Assembly (NCBI RefSeq): GCF_009914755.1
Contig: NC_060928.1
Length of the DNA stretch: 64,000 bases
Direction: 5' to 3' (one strand)
DNA from: the human T2T-CHM13v2.0 reference genome, Homo sapiens
Of the stretch, positions 1 through 13,588 are shown piece by piece. The first letter of the stretch is position 1. Each line of letters begins with the position of its first letter. A program made the position numbers and the translations under genes. The notes below the pieces were generated by a model. That model searched no databases and was not told where the DNA came from. It was given only the letters and a program-made list of their open reading frames with translations.

Positions 1-104
1 TGGCGTGAACCCGGGAGGCGGAGCTTGCAGTGAACCAAGATCGCTCCACTGCACTCTAGCCTGGGTGACAGAGTGAGACTCCGCCTCAAAAAAAAAAAAA
101 AAAA
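1..104 (+). mobile_element. Alu 3' end (AluY-like), cut by the window edge
   Basis: tggcgtgaacccgggaggcggagcttgcagtg...ctcaaaa poly(A). Confidence 0.93.
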
Positions 105-109
105 GCTAT

Positions 110-1090
110 GCATTTCAATAGAAAAATTAGTTAAACCATATAAATATGTCACAGAAGAATAAATAGAAATAATCTCTAAATATAAAAAACTTCTAGTTTT
201 ATTAGTTAATTAAAATAATGCAAACTTTAAAAATTCTATTGTCATTAATCAAAGTGACACACTTTAAAACACATAATAATTCCATTGTTCTTAAAAAGAT
301 TAGAGATGGAAGGTTTATTATACTGTTGCTGGTTATATTTCTGTACCTTACAGGAATGCAGTTTGGAATACATTTTTAAATGTAAACAGTTTTAGCTAAT
401 ATAGATTTTAACTTAAAACATTTTTAGCTAAAAACGTGCTTAGCTTTTGGTCAAGTCATTCAATTTCTAGGGATTTCTCTAAGGAAAGTACAGATTTGGA
501 CAAATGGTAGCTACAAAGGTGTTCATAGTATTTTTAATTTTTAAAATATAAACATCCCAGTATCACCTCTTGGAGATTACTAGTACTAGTGTAGTGGCTG
601 TGTAGCCGGCCTGGCTGGGCTTGAGACCAGCCTCTGCCAGTACCAGCTGAGTGGCCTCATGCTGTTCCCTAACTTCTCTACATCTCAGTTTACTCATCTG
701 TAGGGTGGGGGAAAATGTAGTCCCTATTTCATAGAGTAAATGGGAGAATTGAATGTCTGACACAGAAAGTGTTTAATAAGTATTAGCTATCATTTTATTA
801 GTATTTAAGAATGGTATATCCAGACATTGGCTGCCACTCAGCCATTAAAATATCATTTTAGAAGGGTATTTAATAACATGAAAAGGTGTTCATTATCTGT
901 TTTCAAGCAAAAAAAGCAGTATATAAAATGGCATATAAATGATCACATTTAAAAATTATATAAATACATTGGGAAAAGACTGAAAAAGAGATATATACAA
1001 ATGTTAGTAGTGGATATCTTTAGGTGGTAAAATTATGGGTAATTTTAATTTTCTTCTTTGTTCTTGTCTGTCTCTACATTTTCTACAATG
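110..1090 (+). mobile_element. Degenerate old L1M 3' fragments interrupted by a MIR (~600-790)
   Basis: L1M-like 'atggtatatcca...cagccattaaaa'; MIR core 'tctcagtttactcatctgta'. Boundaries approximate. Confidence 0.5.
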
Positions 1091-1091
1091 G

Positions 1092-1124
<33 letters not shown>

Positions 1125-2300
1125 TAGCAAAAATAAGATCTACCAACCAAATGAAAAATAATAAAAACAACCTCCTACTCTAAATCACACTTTTCCACAG
1201 TTAACAGTAGCTTATGTGAAAATAGGATAATTTTAATAGACTAAAGCTGATACACTAGAAACAGCGTGAGCCTTACGGTTTCACTGACTGGATGTGAACT
1301 CTTAGCTGTGTGAACTTAGATATGCTATTTAACACACCCAACTTTCAGATTCCTCCTTGTGAAATGGGTATGAATATCTTTGCATATCCAATACGAATGT
1401 TGAAGTGCAGTAAAATAGTTCATGTCAGAACTATTCATAAACAGAGCAGAGCTATACAAATATGAGATCTTATAACCATCAAACCCTACTGATGCCATTA
1501 GATTTTCTGTCCTAAAGAACAGCATGGATCACGTTGCCAGTAAAATCTTTTCTTTTCATCAGAGAAGCACTTGGGGTTTGAGAGTCTTCCTAGTTGCTAT
1601 TAAAAACTCATTGCATAAAAGTATCAAGCTTTTGGCTCCACATTATTTCTTTGGTATACATTTCTTTTTTCCTTTGTTTTGCTTCCAAGATATGAGGGGC
1701 AGTGAATCATTCTAAAGACTTAACATGAATTCTTGAAACTTGCCTTTATTTTAAAATTTAAGATGACCATTCCAAAGTAAACATATTTTACAGTCCACTC
1801 TGAAAGAGACTCAACCTAATATTCTTTGATAGGAACAATGTTTGAAGTAATTGAGGGAAGTTGGGAAAATAGTAAGCAAAATTTGGAAATAAACTTTACC
1901 ACATGTTTGAACCACCACAGAGGACAAATCTTGTTCTGCAGTTCAATTATTTTCTTTTCTCCTCATATTATCCTTAACTATTCATAATAACAATGTGTGA
2001 ACCACTACAGATCAGACAGCGATGTCCCAAAATTTGTGAGTTGCATGCTGGTTTTCAAGTTACAAAGAGAGGATAACTGGCAGCCCACAAAAATAAAACT
2101 TTGAAAGAAATTTAAACACTTTTGAAACATTTTTTATTAAAAATCTGAGAAAGTTAGACATGAGGAATACTGCTTTTGTAGGAACCTTTATTTTTTCTGT
2201 GAGGACAACAGCAAAATAGTTGAAATATGACCAGCTTTCAGTTTTTTCCTTTACCTTTCCTATGTCTTTTCTGTCAAGTGATCATACCAATGATTATTAA

Positions 2301-2516
<216 letters not shown>

Positions 2517-3093
2517 TGATTTCTGTAATTTTTTTTAAGGAACTGAACATTAAGTGATTTTTGCCTGAAGAAAGAACTATGTTTAACAGGAAGCTCTCCT
2601 AATCATTTCATATGGTGTTGGCATATCTATTTGGCAGAAAAGGACTCACTTTTTCAATAGGTTAGGTGAAGAGAAACGTGATCTTGACAGTACCTAGCCA
2701 ACAGAAAGGGAGAAAACACACGTCATAAACTTGGGTCACTCTTGGACACTGATAAAGTGGAGAGATTACAGAAGTTGTGTAGGTTCATGTAGAAGATGGC
2801 TTAAACATGGGGGCAGCCTCTTGGTGCTTGATCAGGATCCCTGTGGATCTCTACATGTGTCTTATTGTGTTGACACAGTTTTGCATTTGGAACTGTTTCT
2901 GGTGGTGTCAGGGAGGGGAAGTGGTGCTTTGGCTTTCTCTAACTAGTTTTAGTTAAGCTTCAGACAAAGCAAGCTTTAGCCAGACAGATATTTTCAAATT
3001 GTTTTTTGTTGCTCCAGGGAATTTCCTGCTTTGGATCTATTTTCTGGGGCCTTTGAAGAGTTAGCTTTTTGTAAAAACAGGATGATTAGTTTG

Positions 3094-3910
3094 TTTTTTT
3101 TTTTTTAATTTTAGATTCGGGGTACCTGTGTAGGTTTGTTACACGGATATATTACATAATGGTGAGGTTTGGGTTTCTAGGGTACCCATCACCAAAAGAG
3201 TGAACTCAATAGGTAATTTTTCACCCCTCACCTCCTCCCATCCTCCCCGCTTTTGGAGTCCCCAGGGTCTATTATTTCCATCTTAATGTCCAGGTACACC
3301 CATTGTTTAGCTTCCACTTATAAATGAGAGTATGTGGTATTTGATTTCTGAATTATTTCGCTCCAGATAATGGCTCCTAGCTCCATCCATGTCGTTGCAA
3401 AATACATGATTTCATTCTTTTTAATGGCTGCTTAGTATTGCATAGTGTATATGTACCACATTTTCTTTATCTAATCAACCATTGATGGACAATTAGGTTG
3501 ATTCCATGACTCTGCTTTTGTGAATAGTGCTGCCATAAACATATGAGTGCACATGTCTTCTTTATATAATAATTTCTTTTCCTTTGGATGCATACTCAGT
3601 AGTGGGATTACTAGGTTGAATGGTAGTTCTATTTTTAGTTCTTTGAGAAATCTCTGTACTGTTCCTCATAGAAGTTATATTAATTTACATTTCCACCAAC
3701 ACTGGTGGGAATCCACGACAACATCTGTTGTTTTTTGACTTTTTAATCATAGCCATTCTAAGTCATGTAATATGATATTGTGGTTTTAATTTGCCTTTCT
3801 CAGATGATTAGTGATGTTGAGGATTTTTCCAATTATTTTGACTGCTTGTATGTCTTCTTTTGAGAAAAGTCTGTTCTTGTCCTTTGCCCACTTTTTAATG
3901 GGGTTGTTGG
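3094..3910 (-). mobile_element. L1 (L1PB-like) 3' end fragment
   Basis: Poly(T) followed by the reverse complement of the L1 3' UTR/ORF2 end (tccatccatgtcgttgcaaa, gtaccacattttctttatc, atgtcttcttttgagaaa). Confidence 0.85.
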
Positions 3911-4513
3911 GATGATAATTTTAGATATTGGAAACTGAGTGTTGAAGAACGTCTTTGGGGAAATAACATTGTTAAATAAATTTGAAGACTTTGTGGTTTG
4001 TTGATAATTGGGAAACTTGTAGGCCTGCATAATTTATAATGCATGAATAAGAACACAGTGTATCAAAATATGTTATTTATTTCTATAATACATACAGGAG
4101 ATTTAAAAAATATAAAACCAGATATTGAATGGTATATATGAGAATGATTCATAGTGGGTATGAGGTTAGTATAGGTACATTTTTTAAATTAAAGATTTAA
4201 TGATAAAAATCTTCCTCCTATTCTCCCAGGCCTAGTTTACTATGACTTTATTACCTTTCCCTGCAAAGCTTTCAACTCATAAGTAGAATGTACATTCTAC
4301 CCAATTTCTACTTTGTAGTATTAGGAATGGAAATTTTGTAACTTAAAACTAAGTGTAATTATTTAGTATTTAAATTTTACCTCTTTCCCATAGTTATGTA
4401 GCTAAAAAAATACATCAACAATACAATTACTCAATACTGAATCACTCTTTAGAAAACATGCTGTGCTGCTTGGTCTGTGTCTGTTTCTTTAATCTTGTGG
4501 ATTTGTTTTCTAG

Positions 4514-4696
4514 GTAGTGCTCACGAATACAGCTCCTCCCCAGATGACGCCATTTTCCAAAGCTTGGCCCGGGCATACTCTTCTTTCAACCCGGCCATGT
4601 CTGACCCCAATCGGCCACCATGTCGCAAGAATGATGATGACAGCAGCTTTGTAGATGGAACCACCAACGGTGGTGCTTGGTACAGCGTACCTGGAG
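4514..4696 (+). CDS. CPE: CPE coding exon 5: (G)[60 protein letters not shown](G)
   Basis: Acceptor ttttctag, donor gtgagt; 183 bp, phase 1 to 1; overlaps ORF 4477-4728; GTTNGGAWY motif of the CPE/CPN subfamily. Confidence 0.97.
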
Positions 4697-5923
4697 GTGA
4701 GTTTCCATTGTGCTCTCTGATTATGTGATTGTAGCTTATTTACAATGACCATTTAGGTTTAGAGAGTGATTTAGATTTAGAGAATCTTCAATCGTCCTCC
4801 ATCATTAAAAAGTAGACTGAATCTATAGTTCTTCCATTAAAGTCAACTTTTTGCGTGAATGATTACTATGTATAATTTTGTTTTTGTGGATTTTAAAAAT
4901 TGTGATGCTAATTGAAGAGATACAGGAAATGAACTGAAGACATTCATTTGGAAAATAATAAATTGAATATTGTTAACTACCCTACTTTCCAAATTCAAGC
5001 CTTAGGGAATAAGATGGCATCCTTAGTTTATGCCAGTCATGCTCTTTCACTGTAGGTAAATATATATTTTAGAGGGCTTGTTTTGGCTTTTAGCATAACC
5101 TGGTGCACAGTACTTTTGTATTAAATGATGGGATAATGGGGAGTATTTGACATGGAATATTTAGTTTATGTTCACTATTCTAATAATCTCTATGAGATCA
5201 GGTAGCTTTTTGCCTTTTAGTCTGAAAAGGAAGCAGTTGCCATGTGGGACAGCAGCTGGGGGAAGCCCCTTCCTAGGTAGCCAAGGAAGCTCTCTTGCCT
5301 TCCTTGTCCCAAGGCGGACTTTACAGAGCTCGTATTTTCACTAACACTCAAGGATGAAGAGTGAAATGCGAAGATATTTATATATATTTTTACTTTTCTC
5401 TTTGCCTGAGAAAAATTTTCTATGGCCCACCTGGAAAAAGAAAATTTGTTAGGGTAATAAGCAACATTAGCTAATTGAAGGGTATTGGTATGTTTAATAT
5501 GCTTAATTTTGTTGAATTATGTGCTGAGAAAAATATTCTTTCTGATTTTTTTCTTTCTGATACATGTTAATTCTGTTTTTATTTATATTTTGCATTTTAT
5601 CCAGATCAGACTTAGTACTCTTTCCCCAATAGCTTCAGAAATATGATCTATGTCAAATTTAGGATTTAGAGCATGTCTAGTACATCAGATGGGAAGTAAT
5701 TTTATACTTTAGTTTTTATAAAAACTTTAATGACTTCTTGGAATTCCTTTTTGAACAAATAGTGTATTGTCAACAAAATATAAAGTAATCTATATCAGTT
5801 AAATACTGATAATAACATTATTAACAATAGTAATAATGTTAGTTAACGATTACGTCTCGCTTAACTAAACAGTCAAAGGAAGCTCCGTTAGTCTTCAGTT
5901 CTGTATATAGTGAATAACATTCA

Positions 5924-6400
5924 TGTCTTAGGTCAGGTTTTCTAGAAGCAGAGCCTGAGATAGGGATTTGGGTACTTGTAATTTATTAAGGGATTACTTT
6001 TTAGGACAAACCCTGTAGGGAAGTGAGGGAAGCAGGGCAAGGAAGGGGATAGAGCTAAACAGGGTTGTGGTCTCAGGCAAAGTCCAGCCTTGGCCTGAGC
6101 CATTGGAAGAAGCCTGGAGCATAAATTAGGGGCAGGTTTGTCTCCCCTTGAGAGAAAGGGACCAGCCTTTGGTGGCTCCATATCTGTCAGCCATTGGTTG
6201 TGGGGTGCCAGCAGGAATTGGGGGTGAGAGATAGCATGATGTAACTCCCAAGCCAGGTGGGAGATTCTGGCTCCCATCAGCAATTCTCTGGAAAAGGGGT
6301 GGGGGGGTAGCTGTGAGCTCTAACAGCCAACACCTGCAGCAGTTTGGGTCTGGATGCCCTGCCTCCATAAAAGCAATCTGGTGGGCACTAACAGCATCCT
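5924..6400. mobile_element. Old MaLR (MLT1-type) LTR remnant
   Basis: Starts tgtcttaggtcaggttttctagaagcagagcctgagatagggattt, typical of old MLT1 termini. Confidence 0.5.
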
Positions 6401-6531
6401 CTGCTAATTTGAGTCAGATTTAAATTAAAATTGTTCTGAATGCAGAATATTCTCTTTGGTGCTATTTGAAGTATTGTTATCATTATATCTTGTATGTAAT
6501 TCAACTCAGGGATTGTTGAATTAGCATATAG

Positions 6532-7048
6532 TGTGAAAGGAAATTAAATTCTAGGACCCCAAATTCATTTAGCTAAAGGGAAAAGTCAAGCTGGGAACTG
6601 GGTCACACAAACCTGCCTCCCCATTTTGGTTCCTAAATAAGATGATTACAAGATGAAAGGGTACACGCCTCCCCCATATTTTGCCCACAGGGAAATTCTG
6701 GGTGAGCTGTTAAAACTTCACCATGGCCATGTAAATTGATAGCTTATCTTTACAGGTGCAGGCACCCCAGCCCACCAGACACAAATGCGTATCCGATTGC
6801 CCCCCTACCCCATTTTGTCTGCGTTATCTTATGTAAAATGCACATTCCCCACATTTTTCCTCTGTCCCCTTTGGTTTATGTGAAAACTCTGTGCTTATCA
6901 ATATCCCACCCTCTCCCCTTTCAATTTGGAGCCCTCAAAATCATCTTCGGAGAGAGGCATAGACCTGTCTCTGGGGCGCATCCTTAACTTTGGCAAAGAA
7001 ATCTCCTAAAACAATTGAGACTTGTCTCATCATTTTCCTTGATTGACA
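6532..7048 (+). mobile_element. ERV1 solo LTR (MER4-group-like)
   Basis: TG...CA termini and a 4-bp target-site duplication ATAG (6528-6531 / 7049-7052); start tgtgaaaggaaattaaat...aaagtcaagctgggaactg. Confidence 0.85.
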
Positions 7049-7529
7049 ATAGTATATTGCCAAGACTCCCAATCCCTCAGGAATACACTATGATATTGAT
7101 TGGGCTTAAGGAATAATATAGTATGTCAGATCATGTCACATGAAGCTCCAAGTTCTTCTCCAGTAGAAAGGTAGACTTAGAGGGATGTGCATTTCTTTAA
7201 TAGATCAGTGGGGATGAAGTCTTTTACCCTGTTGTCTTCTCTGAAGCCCACTCCAGCAATGTGGAAGGTGGGTAATGTCTGCATTAGCACTCTGCAGCAG
7301 CAAATGCTTTTGCTTAGGAACCTGAGAGTTTGTGCTTTTAAGGTATAACAACCCCCGACCTATGTTGTTCAATCCCTTACAGCAGATGATTTCCCTTAAG
7401 TTTTCCCACAGGCTTCCCAAATGCCCTGGTTTGTGTACCTTTTACTTGGTTCTTGATTCAGAAGACTAGCCTGTGTAGAGTTTTAGGCTCCTTGTGCATA
7501 TTTTGACTTTCCATTTGGTGTTTTGGCAG

Positions 7530-7669
7530 GGATGCAAGACTTCAATTACCTTAGCAGCAACTGTTTTGAGATCACCGTGGAGCTTAGCTGTGAGAAGTTC
7601 CCACCTGAAGAGACTCTGAAGACCTACTGGGAGGATAACAAAAACTCCCTCATTAGCTACCTTGAGCAG
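7530..7669 (+). CDS. CPE: CPE coding exon 6: (G)[46 protein letters not shown]
   Basis: Acceptor ttttggcag, donor gtaaac; 140 bp, phase 1 to 0; GGMQDFNY and EITVELSC (catalytic Glu) motifs; overlaps ORF 7523-7819. Confidence 0.97.
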
Positions 7670-7984
7670 GTAAACACAGTCCCCAGCATAAAAATGCAAG
7701 GTTTACAAGCATTCAAACCTGGCCTACAATGGTCTTGTAAGAGGAGTCCAGGAGAATCCGTCTGGTGCAGAATGAGGATGCCATATTTGGAAGGCAGGTG
7801 TCAGCAGTGTTTCAGTTAGGCTTTTATTTGTCATAGGTTTTGTGGCTCAGGACTATTCACCAAGAACTGACTAAACTGGAGAGTATACAGAAAAGACGTA
7901 GACTCTCGTTTCTGTTTGTATTATTCTAAGCAAGGGCAATCCTAGGACTCTCTCCCACCCTGATCACCGTGAGGCATCCCAGGC

Positions 7985-8145
7985 AGAGCCAGAACAAAAG
8001 TAAGGCAAGCGAGGCACCTGAATGGAAAATTTAAGGAGGATTTTAATCTTAGGGGCATGCAAGTACAGGATTAGCACTTGAGAGTGAGTGTCTCTTTAAG
8101 TTTTGAGCTGTACAAGCCTCATCTTTCTCACCCTAGACTCAACTG
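7985..8145. mobile_element. Probable degenerate hAT-type MITE (MER96-like)
   Basis: aggcaagcgaggcac...aaaatttaagg at the left and gcctc...ctcaccctag at the right suggest decayed inverted termini. Confidence 0.3.
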
Positions 8146-8164
8146 CATCACAGGTAATAATAAT

Positions 8165-8400
8165 AATAATGAGTTATGTTTGTCATTTACTATTTCCCAG
8201 GCATTATACTAAATGCCTTTTATGTAATAGTTAGTTCATTTAATCCACACAACAACCTTATGAGGGAAATTATCATCATCATCATTATAATCATCACTAA
8301 ATTAAAGATGAGGAATCAGAGACACAGAGAGGCTAGACAGCTCACCTGAAGTTGCTTAGCTAGAATCTGAATCAAGGCTGTCTATTTCCAGAATCACCAT
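8165..8400 (-). mobile_element. MIR
   Basis: tttaatccacacaacaaccttatgagg...agatgaggaatcagagacacagagagg. Confidence 0.7.
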
Positions 8401-10443
8401 GCTGTACTGACTTTCAGAACAGAAGCCTGGATCTTTACCAGAGAGTCATTTATGTAGCCATTCCAATGTGATCCATATAGAATTTTGGGGGATCTCACCA
8501 TCTGCCAGAATAAAATCCTTTACCTACTCAGGCCAGTCCTCTGCCAACCCCACCCCCTGCATAGTATGTAGACACTGGCCCCAGAGGCAGTGGCAGTGGA
8601 AAGACCTAAGACTCTGTTCATTCCTGCAGTTCTTTGCCAGTCTTCAAATTTTATCCTGAATGTGGCCATTTACACCTAAAGTCAAGTAGAGTGATGTTAG
8701 TTTCATGTGCCAACAAATAGTCCAGACCAATCTGTTAAACTAATTTGACATAAAAAAGCTGTTAAATAAACATTTAAGTATTTATATGTGTATATGTACA
8801 TATAAACATATGCATATAAAATCAACACTTTTTTTAAAGTAAAACCAGGAGTTGAATCCAGTTTCTTTCTCCACCATTGCAAGGCTCTGTTGCAGTGGTC
8901 CCTATAGCTTGCTATGGCCTCCTTTGAATAAAGGCTGCTCTAAAAAAAAAAAGAAGAAGAAGAAGCAAAATCAGCATAGGAATTCTTTTACACATGTCAA
9001 ATATCCATATACTGTAATACCTTACCAGGGACTGTCGTGGAATAGATCCACTGATGTCAGATGGTGATTAAAGAGCACTCATTCCACTGGATTCTTTTTA
9101 AATCAATGGATTCCTGCTGCATGTTAGCTTAAAAAGGTATTTTCCAACAACAAAAACTAAGGATAAGCAGTCCACGATGACTCTAGAACAACTTTGGTGG
9201 GAACCCCTACAGAATGTCTCCTTTGAGGAGAGCCGTATTTGGATGGATCTTCTGAGAGCAAAGTTAACTGAAAAGTATGTTTTTGGATAGAGGAAGTAAG
9301 ATGGGACTGATTGGGGTGTTCTCCACTTACATATCAAATACAGTGCTTTTTATTTTAATAAATATTTAATAATCTTTAAATGTTTAATAATATTTGTCTT
9401 AATACTCCTTAATACAGTGCTTTTAATTTTATGTATATAGTTTTTCAACTAAAATGTATTGACTAGTTTCACATCCCAGGCATTCTGTGAGGCACTGGGG
9501 ATAGTGACCGTCCTCAGGAAGGCTTCACACGAGTGCTGTCAGAAACAAGAATACCTAATCACAAGAGAGGAGGAGAGCTGGCTGAAAAACAATAAAAGCT
9601 TAGCTACAAGGAGCAATAACAGTACACAGAAGGGGACCTAACCGAGTCACGGGAGTTTGGAAAAGGCTTCTTGGAGCCGGGCTATAAGATTTACTAAAGT
9701 TGATGCCAATAAGATCATCACTGTGATCAACAATTTAAAAACATGCTTAGCTGCTGTTTAAATCATCTCTTAGTTCTTGAGAAAAAAAATAATACAAAAC
9801 AAATAAAACACGTCTTCTTACCATCAGGAAAAAGGAGATTTGTCATACTTATGGTAGCAGGTGGGCATGCATCCAATTCATCTGACAGTAATATCAATTT
9901 ATATATAAATAAGCTAAAAAGAAGAAGGTTAAAGTTATACAATCCTATTTTATGCCACGCAAAATAAGAATTTGCTCTGTCCACAGATCCATGTGATCTA
10001 CCTTGATATGGCATTGTCATTAGGATGCAAACTGTGTCTAAGCAGTGAGTGGTATTTATAACCAGCTCATCTAGCTTGCATCATAGAACACTCCAGTTTA
10101 GGAAAACAAAGGCTGATGAAAAATCAGTGAGGGCTGCCAGAAGTTCTGTGTTGTAATTGTTGTCTTGACAATGGTGGTGATTAGTAATTGAACACCTGGG
10201 CCTAAAATCTAAGCTTGGACTAGTTTACAACTCATGGAAAATAGGTGATTAGGAGATCTATTTCTGTAATTGTTTGAGAGGAAATCCCTTGCAGAGTTTT
10301 AAAGAGATGTTTGCAGGGACTAGAATTGTAAAGCTAATTAGAGTAGAGAGTCTGCTAAGGAGAAGAGCCTCCCTTCCACTCAGTAGCTTTGAAAGAGTCT
10401 AGTTCTCAAAATTCTCAAAAAATTTCTTAAAGAATGGTTCATG

Positions 10444-10753
<310 letters not shown>

Positions 10754-12533
10754 TCATGGGCACCTGCATTAGAATCACCTAGAGTTCTTATTAAAAATGA
10801 GTTTCCTCTCCTACCATTGAATCACACTCTCTGCAGGGCAGGACCGAAGTATCTTCATTTGCAGCAAGCTATCTGCGTGACACTAAGTACATGAGGGTTT
10901 AGGGGCTATAAACAGTCCTAGCAAAAATGGAGAATCTTCTGGAGGCTTTTTCAGCCTTCGCTGAAACTGAGATGTCCTGGAATCTGGGGAGCAATCATTG
11001 CAGGCACCGCAAGTGTAGTAAAACAGCTTCTCCAGGCATGAGTGAAATTTGGACTTTCGTGATTTCTTTTGCAAAAGCCATACAATCTGAATTTTCCAGT
11101 CTGAATTCATGGGGGAGTTGACACAGCCCATACACTTCTACTGAGATTTATTACTACACTGGAATTTTTCAAACAGAAAAGTTGACATATCACAGACAGA
11201 CATTTACTTCTTTAACTATTTGTTAAACTGCATATTGCACATATTGCAATATAAGTCTTGGATTGCAGAAGCAGAAAAAAGTAAAGCCATGAATATTAAC
11301 CTAATATATTTCTGCCTAATACAGGCAAATAATATGTTCTTGTAGTGATTGATTTACTTACTTTACAATGATGTGGGAATTAGAACCTTTCTTTAAGGCT
11401 TATGCTATTGATAATTTCAGGATTATAGTGCCTCAAGAGGAATAAAGTACTTGGGTAAAGCCTCTTTTATCAGCTAGCATCTTTCTAAGTTTTATTGAAT
11501 GGGGCCTCATTTTAAGAAATTTAGAGTTTGGGTCTCTATATATAGCCCTTTTCTTCTTCTCTACACTTTTTCTGATTTTTCATCTTTTAATTCAGAAAGT
11601 TAAGTTTTCATGTTTCATGTTTTCCAATGGCTGAATTTCAAACTCTTTTCAATTTTGGTTGGCTTATTAGTTATGGAGAAAAGTTAGAATTGAATAAATC
11701 TTAAATTTTTAAAAATATATTTACTCTACTATACTGGTTGCCAATAAAATGATCATTATTACTGTTTCCTATTTGCAACATTAAAAAATTACATGTTATT
11801 TTTATAGGGTGTGAGAGTTTTCTTTTTTTTTAAGAAAAATGGCACACACAAAAAATATTGCTGGTAACAAGGCACATCTTTTTGATAAAACAGTGTACCA
11901 CTGCCAAATTTATTCTTTGATGACAAAGGATTACAGGAGACTTATCTGTCTTCTGTAGGGAAATAGTCAAGTATCATAAGTAGCGAAAGACAATTTATTT
12001 TCTATAGCCCGATTGAGTGAGGCACAACCTGAGCATTTGGGAGGTTGGTGCATATTTTGTTGAGTAATCAAGTTTAATGCATTACGATTTGATATTCTAG
12101 ATGCAGTACTTTCTTAAAGACCTGAAGCGACTCTGTCACTTCAAACACATATTGACTTAGATGAATTGTCTTTCCAAAATAAAGAGAAAAGCAGTTTTTG
12201 TAGTTTGCAGTGTATTAAATAATAGCCAGTTGATGACTACAACTTAATTTAGGGGGATTATTTTCAATGGCAGCTCTCCCATCTTCTTTCTAAATCAACA
12301 TTCTATTTTCTGTTATGAGGCTCACTACTCTATTTTCAGCCAAAATAATGTTAATAGATTTAATGCAAAAGCAGTCACAGTATATATCTTTTTATCCAGA
12401 ATGAGCTAATATTAACAGGCTTTTATTATGATATCCTTGTTAATTGACAGTAGCCATATAATGAATACACAGGTGACCAAAATTGAAAGAGAGTAAGTTA
12501 TGAAATGCACTAAGACTAGAACTTTACACATAT

Positions 12534-12991
12534 TGGAGCAGGACGAGCTGCAGACAAAACCCCTCAGACACCGAGTTAAAGAAGGAAGGGCTTTATTATT
12601 CAGCCGGGAGCATCGTCAAGACTCATGTCGCAAAAACCCAGCTCCCTGAGTGAGCAATTCCTGTCCTTCTTAAGGGCTTACAACTCTAAGGGGGACCGCA
12701 TGAGAGGGTCGTGATCAATTGAGCAAGCAGGGGGTACGTGACTGGGGGCTGCATGCACCAGTAATTAGAACGGAACAGAACAGGACAGGGATTTTCACAG
12801 TGCTTTTCCATACACTGTCTGTAATCTATAGATAACATAACCGATTAGGTCAGGAGTCCATCTTTAACTACCAGGCCCAGGGTGTGGCCCCGGGCTGCCT
12901 GCTTGTGGATTTCATTTCTGCCTTTTAGTTTTTCCTTCTTTGGAGGCAGAAATTGGGCATAAGACAATATGAGGAGTGGTCTCCTCCCTTA
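12534..12991 (-). mobile_element. ERV1 solo LTR, LTR2-like (HERV-E/Harlequin family)
   Basis: Minus strand begins TAAGGGAGGAGACCAC and ends ...CTCGTCCTGCTCCA; 4-bp TSD ATAT (12530-12533 / 12992-12995); AATAAA retained on the minus strand. Confidence 0.85.
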
Positions 12992-13253
12992 ATATGACAC
13001 TTTTTAAAATGATTTGGAAGGTACTAAAATCTTTTTTTTGGGAAGCAAACAAGACATTAATTTTCACTTATCTATTTAGGGAAAAGCAGAATAAAATGCA
13101 CAAAAAATTCAGTGGCCTTTTGTGCATGTCTTGATTCTTAAACAATGGGGGTCTACGGTATTTGCTGGAAAATAAAGAGATGCTTGATATGAAACATATT
13201 TAAGGCCATTTCTATAAATTTATAGGTCATATTAATTTTTTGGTTATTTTTGA

Positions 13254-13415
<162 letters not shown>

Positions 13416-13574
13416 TAATTATCATAATTATAAGTCTTATGTTCTTCTAAGCAAAACAAATAGCTCGTATCTCTACAGCGTTTCTCAGCTTTGATCTGGT
13501 GAAGTTTCCTTTGTGGGCTCAGGTCAGGCGGAGTGAGTGGAGCCCAGGGCGGCTGCTGCGTTAGAAATCCGGGT

Positions 13575-13588
13575 GCAGCAGATGGCGC
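13575..13588 (+). promoter_or_regulatory. CTCF-like motif GCAGCAGATGGCGC in a CpG-enriched intronic patch
   Basis: 13/14 match to CCASYAGRKGGCRS; includes E-box CAGATG. Confidence 0.55.

Noticed and set aside
13221-13225. Upstream AG acceptor 37 nt before exon 7
   Set aside because: Poor pyrimidine tract and frameshifting; no support.
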